From the NCBI GenBank assembly GCA_001244265.2, contig CDLV01000006.1, forward strand, positions 1,798,001 to 1,862,000: a DNA stretch of 64,000 nucleotides, written 5' to 3'. The translations under genes were made by a program, and so were the position numbers. Below, piece after piece: positions 13,316-23,743 of the stretch. The DNA is from Microbotryum violaceum (taxonomy: Eukaryota). The notes under the pieces are model-generated. The model saw only the letters and a list, made by a program, of their open reading frames with translations, was not told the DNA's origin and did no database searches. The stretch's first letter is position 1, and each line of letters opens with the position of its first letter.

Positions 13316-14267
13316 CCTGCACCAATCCAGACCGTCCCGGGTCGTATACAAGTCGAATCAGAGCGTTGTTTAGAGGGGAAGAGGTCTCTTGAGAGGTCGA
13401 TCTTGCCCGGCTGATAAGGTCGCGGTGGATAGAACAAGAGGCTCGGGCTTCGTGCGTTGTGTCTGTCGTTCGACCCCCGACCTCGACTCGCGCGCCGGGA
13501 ACAAAGCGTCTCCCGTAATGGATTATTGTCTGCTGAGTCACGAGTTCATTTTCGATCAGCACTTTAGGCCCTCTGAATCGCTCGAGAGGCAAGTTGACTG
13601 ACAATGCCCGTGCACTCACCAGCACCTAAAAGCTGTCGCTTCGAAGAAGGGATGGCTGAGGTTGGAGAGTAAGAAATGGGAAAAAAAAAGGCAAGGACTG
13701 AACAAGTGCGTCACACGACCGAACCCTGCACAAGCCTTTCTGGTCATCGAGGCTTGGAAAGCAAAGCTCGGTCACGTTCAAGTCGATTACGTAGCCAAGT
13801 GAGCCTCAGCTAGCTCAGCCCGCGCGTCCCTGCCGACCGGACCGCGGGGGCTGCCTGCCTGAGCGCCTGAGCGGGGGCTCGGCATGATCGTAGCAGCGTT
13901 GCAGCACGACGTCAACTGATCTGAGCGGTACCCACCCCAAGTGCATAGCACTCTTGCATATCGGCATATCGAGGACTACTTGCCTGTTCTTTTTTCATTT
14001 CGTAATGGCTAGCTTTGTTTCCAGAGTTTCGAAATGAAACATGGCCCGACACGCATCGTCCTTGACGATCGCATCAGCTCACATCGATCGCTACTACCGA
14101 GCTCCAAGCTACGAGGCACCGCGCCCGCTTTGGCAACTCAGCAAGGAACGAGCAGTGTAATATGATGCGACAAGGTTCATGACAACGCTTGAACGGAAAG
14201 AGAATAATCTCACGACATATCAAACACATGCATCTCAAAAAATCCAGCGGGTTTAGAAACTTGCGCT

Positions 14268-15902
14268 TTAGGTCCTAGCTTCCGTGAGCGGGTATTCGAA
14301 CTTGTTTCCTGAGCAACGACGAAGCCGATCGAGAGAAGTTAGCGTTTCACCCCAAAACATGAGAGATCGGTGAAGATCGGAAGCAAAGTGGGATTTGCTC
14401 CCCCAGTGCTCCTTTATCCTCCCTTTGTGAAGAGTAAGACATCACGTACCCTTCTTACGCCAACGCTTTTGCCTGATCGCAAGCAAGCAAGAGCCAAGGA
14501 TGTCAGCCCATTCGAGTCGAGACGCGATGTGCATCAAAAGATCGAGAACAGTGCGCCAATATCGGCCGTTGTTCGCCAGAGATTAAGGACAGTTTTGTTC
14601 GTGAGCTCGACTCACTTCTTCTTGGTCGTCACGTGCTCGGTCCACACCTCGACGCAATGCTCGGATTTGTATTTGCGGATGAACGAAGGATCCCTGGAGG
14701 AAAAGTCGGTAGGGCGAGCCCTTGAAGGTGTCAGGATTTTCCGCAGGTCGCCGAGCATCCAGAACTCGATATAGCCCAGTGAGATGCGCGGCTTACCATA
14801 GCTCGCTAGCAATGCCGAGGTCCTTGCAACAACGCATGAGGGCGTTGGATTTACACCCCTCGGTCGCGGTCGCCAAACCCGACGGGTCAAAATAGGCTTG
14901 TTCTCCACGAGCGACCGAGACGAGACTGAAGAAGATTTCCGGCCTCCACGGATCAGTCGTTGTTTTCGCCTTGCCTTTGACATAGCGTTCGGAGCATCTC
15001 AACTAACCGTCCACCGGCGACGAGGCCCCACTCGCGCGAGACCATCCTGTTCATGACGGTCAATTCGCCACGGGGAACCATACCCCATCCACCGGGGCCG
15101 AGGGCTTGGTTGAGGAATCGACGGTAGAGGATCTCGGGGAGGTACAAAAGACCGTCTGTTGGAGGAAACTTCCAAAGTCAGTTCGATCGCCTCGAGTCCG
15201 AAGGAGCGAGATGCCCAAGTTTCATCTCCTGGGCGGGTAAATGAGACATGCTTCATTACTGTCTCGGCACGACGAGAATTGCAACTGACCAGGTTTGATC
15301 TCAACCTCATGAACCTCGAGCGGCCTCATGAACACCTTGGCGGCCTTCTCCGAAAAAGGTTGCGCCGACATCCCATGGAACGAGGTCGTCCAATCGATGT
15401 CCCTCGCTTGATCGCCGATGGCGCCGAAGGAAGAAGCAGCAGCGGCCGAAGGGATCATCGAGTCGAGTGCCGAGGTCGACATGGGAATACTGGTGCTTGA
15501 AGGGATGGCATTATTGGAAGGGAGGGTCGAGGAACCGAAAGAGGAGGAAGAGGAAAATCCAGCTGCCGAGGTGGAGCTTGCGGGCAACGCGGCGCGTTCG
15601 GCAGAAGGGACGGCAGGTCCATCGAGCATCATTTCCCCCATATCAATGTGCGAATCAAAGAACGCATCAGGGCTCGAAGACGAGCCGCCTGCGACGGGTG
15701 TAGGGACAGCACTCGAAGCGGCCGTCGCATTTGGAGCAGCAGCCGGAGCGGCAGCCGGAGCAGGAGTAGTGGCGGCGGCTGTCTTGGCCGACGCTCGGAC
15801 GTACGGGCGTCGAGCAGGCGCACTGGCCGAGGCCGTCGAGGCCGATCGAGCATGCAAGAGACCCCATTGGAGCGCCCTTCTGGCGAGGTGACTTGTAGGC
15901 AT
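14268..15902 (-). CDS. MGM101: Mitochondrial genome maintenance protein Mgm101 (Rad52-like)
   Basis: Six exons give [14 protein letters not shown]...[35 protein letters not shown]...[33 protein letters not shown]...[15 protein letters not shown]; presequence-like N-terminus. Confidence 0.95.
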
Positions 15903-16368
15903 GATGTATGCTCGGAGAACCGATTCGATGGGTGCGAGTCGGGGCGGGAGGCGAGACGGTAACGCATGCGGTCCCTGCGCTTAGGTCACCAACGGGCTGG
16001 GCTAATCGACAATTTCCGACATAATTTCGTTGCAAGCGATCAAGCGATATCCAACCTGATCCTCCGCTCGTACGCTCGTACGCTCGTACGTATTTTGGGG
16101 TCAATGTAGACAACCTGATTCAGACGAGAAAGTGCCACTATCTGCGCATCTTCGGGCACTGAAAATCCTCCCGGCCGCTGCTTTCGGTGATCGAGTCCAG
16201 CGCCGACATCGCAGCGCGCCGAAGCACCCACGTCGGACAGCCAGAGACTTACAGCCAGAGACTTCGCAGCCGTCAACGTCGGCGCGATCGGCGAACCCGT
16301 TCCAGCCTTCGCACTCTCCACCACAGCCGCACCACGCGAGCGCAACCACACACCGTTTCCCGTCAACC

Positions 16369-18273
16369 ATGTCGACCGTGCCCAAGCTGGACCTCTCGGG
16401 GATTCGCAACAAGGTCGTGCGTGGTCAACTGCTCGCCAAGCAGAAGCGCGACAAGGCGCAGGCCAAGCTGAAGCGTCGTATCGCGAGGAAGGAGGCCGAG
16501 AATCGAGGGGAGGAGGTGGGGAAAGGTACGAAATGTTTGATATTGCTTAGTTTGAAGAGATTACAGAAAGCTGACGCTATATGAACTCCTTTCATTCGCC
16601 GTGCGCCGTGCGTCTCCTTGGACTTCCATCCTGGATCGGGTTTCGGTCCCTCGTCTTGTTCCGATCGCTCTTCCCTCATCCACAGGATGGACCCGCACGA
16701 TCGAAAACACTCGTGAATGGCTGGGAGACTCGGAAGAATTCGCCGACGCACGCACGCGTCCCGCGCCCGTCAAGGTCGACGACGCAACAGGGGACGTCAC
16801 CGTCGACCTCGGCACACTCGCGACCCTCTTCCCGGCCTCGACGGCCACCCCTCACGTCGAAGGGCAACCCGTTCCTAGGGAACCCAAGATGTTGATTACG
16901 ACCAGTCCGGGAAAACCCCCCGCACCTTTTACGAGGGATTTCTTGGCCGATTTTCAGGCTTTGATGGGGGGCAAAAGTAGGGCCGATATCGTACCTCGCA
17001 AGAGTCCAAAGTTCGAACTCGGTCGAGTCGCTCGATGGGCTCGTAAACGTGGGTACGGGGCCATCGCCGTCGTAGGGGAGGACCATGCCAAACCGACGAC
17101 CTTGACCCTGTCGTTGTTACCGCATGGTCCGACGGCGCATTTTCGTCTCACGGGAATCACCTTGGGCAAGGATATTCCCGGCCACGCCAAATCGACGTCC
17201 CACCCACCCGAATTGGTCCTCAATCACTTCTCCACCCCCTTGGGTCTTTCCCTCGCTTCGTTACTCTCCCACCTCTTTCTCCCCCCTTCGGCGGCGGACC
17301 TGCTAGCTCGACAAGGTTACCAAGGTCGTCAAGTCGTGCTCGCGCAAAACTCGCGCGACTTTGTCTTCATCCGAAGGTATCGCTACATGTTCGCACTCAA
17401 GGGGGAACGGTTGGGCAGTAAGAAGAAGGTCGGGTTGGAGAGGCAACAACCTGAGGATCAGGAGGAGGATGATACGATCAAAACGAGGTTCCAGGAGATT
17501 GGGCCGAGGATGACGGTCAAGATGAGGTGGATTAGGAGGGGGGCTTTGGGGGAGACGGGAGATGAGAGGAGTGAGAGGGAGCGGAATGAGAAAGCTGCTG
17601 GGGTGGGCGAAGGGGAAGGCACGTTCGGGGAGGTTGCGCAGGGTGAGGATCCGAATTTGGGAGAGGTTGGAGGGTCGGGCAGGAGGAACAAGGGCAAGGG
17701 AAGGGCTGGGGATGATGACGAGGACGAGGACGAGGACGAGGACGAGCAAGAAGCCGAGGCAGCTCGAGCGATCGGTTTAGGGGAAGGTGAGCATGCGGGA
17801 ACACTGTCCATCGATCCTGAAACGGGTGCAGCAAGATCCCAAGCCAAAGACATCGCCATGGCCGATGGGGAAAGCGCGCCGACCGAAGCCCCTCGGAGAA
17901 AGAAGCGACCTTGCACGACCCCTCGCAAGCGCTCGAAACCTTTCCACCCCCTCTTGCGACCTCGCGCCAATTCGGCCTCACCACCACCAGGGGAACTAGC
18001 CGAACCGGAGCCAATCCCTCTTCCGCCCAAGAATGGGAAGAAGAAGGACGCGAATAATGCGAGCGTGTTGAGTTCGGTCGGCAAGACGTGGCATGCTGGG
18101 CGAGGCGAGGGAGGTGTGAGGGAGGCCAAGAAGCGGCAGGAATGGGGATGGGAGGTGAGTGGCCAGGGGTTTTCATTTTTCATCTGTTGGTGTTATATGT
18201 TCTCGCTTGCTCATACCTCACTCGCTTTTCTCAGGCCAAAATGCAAGTCAGTCGTCGCAAGTTCTTCCTGTGA
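16369..18273 (+). CDS. RPF1: Brix-domain ribosome biogenesis protein Rpf1
   Basis: IRNKVVR...RTIENTREW, PKMLITTS, LPHGPTAHFRLT, HPPELVLNHFSTPLG, GRQVV..NSRDFVFIRRYRYMF, FQEIGPRMTVK and terminal SRRKFFL*. Confidence 0.9.
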
Positions 18274-18714
18274 TCAACTCGTTCGGGCGTTCTGGGCAGG
18301 CGACCTTTCCTCGGATTCTGGGTGCGCAGGTGGAGTTCTCTACCGTGTCCCATTTTTTCTCTTTTGCAATTGATTAGCATGCTCTTCATTCGAGTCACCG
18401 CAAAATCAAAAGACGTTGCGGTCTTGGCTTGCAAGGCGCACTCATCCGTATCTCGGCCACTTGTAGTGGGATTTTCCCGACCCCCGTCCGGAATGCAGTC
18501 CCGGCGCAAAGCACCATTCGACGAATGTTTCTCTCTCGGGCCAAATTCGTGCAGACAACTTTCCAGGGTCTTGCAGGATTCACAGTCTTGTTCCACCCCC
18601 CGTTGACGATCCCTCGACTTGTCGCACACTGAACTACTCGGACGTGCTCTCGTCTCCTCTGAAGCAAGCGTAGCCTTCTCCTCCCCTCCGTTCCGGTACG
18701 GATCGATCGACATT

Positions 18715-19428
18715 TTAATCCTTCTTGCCCTATGCACGTTCCAGATTGAATGCGCCGGACATGAGACGCACGAGTCAGTCGCTGTTAAAGCTGACCGCGC
18801 GGAACGAGTCGAACGCACCCTCATCATGTTGAAGGTCCCCCTGGCGATGCCGACGGTGCCGATGGTGAACAAGGTGAGGAACGCACCTGAACCAGACGCG
18901 AGCAAGGTCAAAGTGCGTGTTATTCGTTAGTGGTCGAGTCCTTGTGGAGAATAGCAGGCTTGTGACATGTGCTGGGTTGGGTCTGGAACGCACCCATGTA
19001 GAGACGCGCGCGGGGCATTTTTTGGTACACCGGTCGCGGGTCGGCCTGCGTGACCGTTCGCGAAGAGTCGAACAGTAACAGTCAGTGGAAAGCGGAGGTG
19101 GACCAGCGGGGCGGGGCGGGAAGGGGAGGGTCTCGGCGTACCTGCAAAGCGGCTTGCCGGGCGTGGATCGTGTTGGGGCGGTTGACGAGCGAGTCCACTG
19201 GGTGGTGCAAGAGGCGAGGCCACAAGCGATATGAATCGGATCGTGTACGAGTGACGAGTGATGATGGGGTCATGGATGGCGAGGGAAGGGTGGGCATGGT
19301 CGATTGTATCCAGCGTGAAGCGGGACAGGTCGCAGGTGGATGACGGAGGGGTGAGAAGCGGGTAAGGAGGAGGGACCGTTGATCAGCTCGAGTCAAAGAG
19401 GGTAGCGTAGCTCGAGAGTGGACATACT
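18715..19428 (-). CDS. COX7: Cytochrome c oxidase subunit VII/VIIa-like small protein (~63 aa), 5 coding exons
   Basis: Spliced MDSLVNRPNTIHARQAALQ|ADPRPVYQKMPRARLYMG|AFLTLFTIGTVGIARGTFNMMR|GKKD*. Single TM helix and a pattern recalled for basidiomycete Cox7. The ATG forms only across intron 19427-19198. Confidence 0.75.
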
Positions 19429-19623
19429 GTTGATGGAGGTGGTGCGTGGTGCGGGATAGGACGGTGTAGGGGCCACGGCGAAAGGGGCGAGACGCGCGCG
19501 CGCCTAATGAGACTAGTTGGAATTTATATGACTTTTAAAACCCAAGACTGATCATAGCCAGGACTATTGGCAAAAGCTGGTTTGTAACTGACCGGCGCGA
19601 GGCCGACGCTCTCGACGCTCTCT

Positions 19624-19680
19624 CCCCCTGCCTCCCTGCCCCCCTGCCTCCCTGCCCCCCTGCCTCCCTGCCCCCTGCCC
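19624..19680. repeat. Tandem 16-bp C-rich repeat (CCCCCTGCCTCCCTGC) x3.5
   Basis: Read directly; lies between the divergent COX7 and CWC15 genes. Confidence 0.85.
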
Positions 19681-19750
19681 CACTCCCCCACTCCCTCACC
19701 ACCTCATCTCACATCCTCCACCCTTGACACCGACTCACCCAGTGTGAATC

Positions 19751-20376
19751 ATGTCCACAGCCCATCGACCAACATGGGATCCCGCACAGGGCAAGGACAG
19801 TCGACTCAACTCGCGCGTCTACTCGAGTCGTGATCTCGCGGCTCATACTCGGCTCAAGTTCCGTCAGGTCAGTTTCACTCCATCACGACACACTGGCACG
19901 ACACATTTGGGCCCATCTTTTCGAAGCATAGCCTTTGGTCAACGTCCTTTGAGGAGCGAGGAGACGGCAAGCGCTGCAGGAACACGGCTCGAGCCTGGCT
20001 CCGCACTACCCTCGTCTTCCCTTTCTCGACCTCAAAAAACAACTAACCGATTCGATCCGATCCTACCTCCACAGCCCGGCCAAGGCAACCAGACCGACGT
20101 CGCCCGTCGAGACCTCAAGCTCGAGCTGCTCGCGGCCGAACGCGAATCCTCGGACCGCAAAGCCAAAGGCCAGTCCGGCTACGTACCCGATCGACCACTC
20201 TTGTTGCTCGAGAACCAGACGCAGCAACAATATCAAACGGACGAGACGAACCAGCGACGTAGGTTCTTGGCTGATCTGGCCAAGCTGGATCGGGATGATG
20301 ACGACGACGACGACGACGAGGAGCGACCCAAGGATAAGGGCAAGGGCAAGGCTGTCGAGGACAACGACGAGCAGGA

Positions 20377-20412
<36 letters not shown>

Positions 20413-21064
20413 TGAGGAGAGTGATAGCGATGATGACGACGAGGACGAGACGGCCGAGTTGCTGCGCGAACTCGAAAAGATCAAACGGGAAAGGGCCGAG
20501 GAGAAGGAGCGACTGGTCAGTTCCCATCACTCGCGGCAGCCAACAGCCCCCACTCTTCTCTGCCACTTTATTACCCGCTTTTGTACTGAGTCGCCCTCTC
20601 GTACTTCCTTGCATAGGAGCGGGAACGAGCAGCGAACGAGTCAACGACTCGCGAGGAAGAAATCGCCGTCGGAAAGTAGGTTGGCCGCGACGACATCGGA
20701 CTGAGTGCTCAGCCCAGATCCCAGACCCTGACCGTTGTCTCCATCTTATCCCGCAGCCCCTTGTTGAACCTGCAAGCTGCACTCGGCGCCTCACCGACCC
20801 CTTCGGCCATGTCGACCTCGACGAGCGCCTCGACGTTCGGCGTCAAGCGGCGCTGGGACGACGACCTCATCTTCAAGAACCAAGCACGGGACACGAACGA
20901 GACGCCCAAAGCAGAATTTGTCAATGATTTGCTTCGTACGGTCAGTTCGGCGCGCAGTGTTGCGATCAGCCTGTTCGCGAACGTGTCCTGGCTGATTCTT
21001 TTCCTGGCTGGGCTCCCAATCACAGAACTATCATCGCCGCTTCATGAAGCGTCATGTTGGTTAG
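19751..21064 (+). CDS. CWC15: Pre-mRNA splicing factor Cwc15
   Basis: MSTAHRPTWDPAQG...SRDLAAHTRLKFRQ|PGQ, poly-Asp tract, EDETAELLRELEKIKRERAEE, GNPLLN, FGVKRRWDDDLIFKNQAR, EFVNDLLRT|NYHRRFMKRHVG*. Confidence 0.95.
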
Positions 21065-21431
21065 AACAGCATTTGATCTCGGAGCTTTGTTGTTCTCTCT
21101 TGGAAGTGTGGATCCACCACAGTGCAGGAGGAACGGGATCCTTGGGCCAGATTCCCCAGAGGTCGTTGGATTGCCGAGGAAGTATCCCGGTCCGCGATGT
21201 AATATACACAACAACTGTACACGCGGGAAAGTTTGACATAATAGGGAGTGTACAAACCTGGAGGTCGCTTCTCCTTTGAACATTGCTGGTTGACTCGATC
21301 AGCCTTCGCCGTCGTTTGATGAGGCCAGGTTTGATGTCCGGCTCCTCCCGGCTGTGGCCGAGTCGAGTCGCCTACCCGCGCACTTCTCTCGCGCGCGTGT
21401 TGCTCTGGCCATCCACGTACCGCGGCTAACC

Positions 21432-23248
21432 ATGTCCGATCCGACGAGTGCGTCACTGAGCCGACCGCGCTGAGGCTCTCCAGCGATACTGACCCACCTA
21501 CCCCAACCTCCCACAGTCCGAATCTTCCCCCCTGGAGCTCCTCCCGCCGCGGCGTCGAACCGGTTCGCGGCGTTGATCCCTTTGCAGTCGATCGCGGTCG
21601 TGTCGTCCTTTACACTCGAGTCTGGCGTCACTTTGGAACAGGTCCCTGTTGGTTTCAGGACATGGGGGAATTGAATGCCGAGTGAGTTGTTCTCTTTGCT
21701 GTGATTGTCTCGACCGGCGAGCATTAATCGAGTCAACGAGGAGCTAGGCTCGCTGAGCTGCAGTGTCCACGCGGTATCCTAACTCTGAACGATTCCTTTT
21801 TTTGTTTGTTTTTGGGGCGGGCAGGAAGGAGAATGTCATGGTCCTCTGTCATGCTCTGACCGGCAGCAGTGATGTCGAAGACTGGTATGTTATCCGCTGC
21901 AACATATTTCCTCGACGCTCTCCTCTCGCTCGAGTAGTGGTGGGAACCCCTAAAGCGTAGCATTAACGTTCGACGAGCACTCTCTTACAGGTGGGGACCT
22001 CTGCTCGGTCCGAACCTCGCCTTCGACCCCACGCGCTACTTCATCTTTTGCGCCAACGTCCTCGGATCTCCTTACGGCACCGCCTCCCCTACGACCAAGA
22101 ACCCCCACCGCGACGACGGAGGGAGATGGGGCCCCGAATTCCCCGCGACCGTCGTACGCGACGACGTGTGCCTGCAAAAGTTGCTTTTGGACCATTTGGG
22201 CGTCGCTCGTGTTTCGGTCGTCATTGGCGGTTCGATGGGCGGTATGCAGTGCCTCGAATGGCCTTTGTGTACCCCACCAGGTTACGTCTCCAATATTTGT
22301 CCCGTCGCGACGAGCGCTCGTCATTCCGCTTGGGGCATCTCCTGGGGCGAGGCGCAGCGGCAAAGCATCTACTCGGATCCCGATTACCAAGCGGGCTGGT
22401 ACGCCGAGGATGGGCAAGGTCCCGAGAGGGGTTTAGCAGCAGCGCGGATGGCCGCCTTGTTGACCTATCGATCGCGCGATTCATTCGAGTCCCGCTTCGG
22501 GAGGAAGGAGAACCCCTCCACGCCTAGGGAAGGCTCACCCAAGATCGATGGGGCGAGCGGTTTGGGAAGGGGCAAAATCACGGATGCTTGGGGGACGCCG
22601 AGAACGCAGGCTGAAAGAGCTGAAGCGGCGCATAACGATGGGCATCGTCCAACGGTTGCGACCAGGCCGGCGTCACCTACTTCGAGATCACCTTCGACGA
22701 TGGCACCTGGGACGAAAGGGGGAGACTTGCCCTTGACTGAATCGGGCGAGCCTTTGCCTCCTCCTTCGCCACCTCCGATCTTCAGCGCCCAATCCTACCT
22801 CCGTTACCAAGGCGACAAGTTCGTGCGTCGGTTCGACGCCAACTGCTACATCCACCTCACGCGCAAAATGGACGCCCATGACGTAGGCCGAGGTCGACCG
22901 TCCAACCCACCTCCCTTGTCGCTCGCTCCACCAGGAGCTCTCGTGATCGCCATCTCGACCGATGGGCTCTTCACCCTTTCCGAACAGCGAGAGCTCGCTT
23001 CAGCACTCCCCGAAGCCGATCTCATCGTCGTCGATTCCCCCGATGGGCATGATGGTTTCTTGCTCGAGTTTGAACAGATCAATACGCACATTTCGAGGTT
23101 CCTCAAGTTACGTTTGCCGGAGATTTACGAACGCGAACCTGTTGCACCTGTCGATGAAACCGAGGGCGCAAATGGATCGAACGGGTTCCAGGTGCAACAC
23201 ACATCTTTGTTTGGCGAGGCTGAGGCCGGTGATATTACGAGGTGGTAG
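21432..23248 (+). CDS. MET2: Homoserine O-acetyltransferase; apparent 1-nt frameshift at 21664-21670 as sequenced
   Basis: FTLESGVTL, NVMVLCHALTGSSDVEDWWGPLLG, IGGSMGGMQCLEW, GLAAARMAALLTYRS, SYLRYQGDKFVRRFDANCYIHLTRKMDAHD, SPDGHDGFLLEFEQIN, GDITRW*. Confidence 0.93.
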
Positions 23249-23743
23249 AGCACCCGCTTTCCTTCTTCCACCTTGTTTTTTTGGGGGTTTTTCTTCTTCT
23301 TCTTTTCTTTCTTTTACTCCGGTCCGATTTCTTCAAGCTATGTCCAACCATGACATTTTACCCCGTTGTGTTATAGTGTTACCTTTGTCTTCTTGTCGCT
23401 ATAGCAACCTGCATCCCCAATCGCAATTTCAACATTGTCGTCGTCACCCCCATGCTATGGGCCGCAGTACTCTCAAAACCCGTATTCCTGTTCAGTTGAT
23501 TGTGTGGACAGGTGTGTCTCTCATTTTAATTGCTCAACACGGTCAAGAGAACCCCAGTCATATAAAAATTAGGTTTGGTCTCCCCTTAGTAGCCCCCAGA
23601 AAATTGCTACGGTACAAGTCGTTGAGATTAAACCCCCCCCCCCCCCCAAGGTCCGACGGTCCCTGATTTGTGACCCTGCACGTCCCCATCGTCTCCCCCG
23701 CCCGGGTGTTGTTGTGGTTCGAATTTGCTTGTTATGCTTGTTG

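Noticed and set aside
20295-20447. (GAC)n trinucleotide runs
   Set aside because: They encode the usual poly-Asp tract of Cwc15.
22500-22780. Low-complexity insertion in MET2 between SRFGR and FSAQSYLRYQG
   Set aside because: A variable loop at this position is normal for fungal Met2.
23633-23647. C15 homopolymer between the convergent MET2 and CRY-DASH genes
   Set aside because: A simple repeat with no supporting structure.
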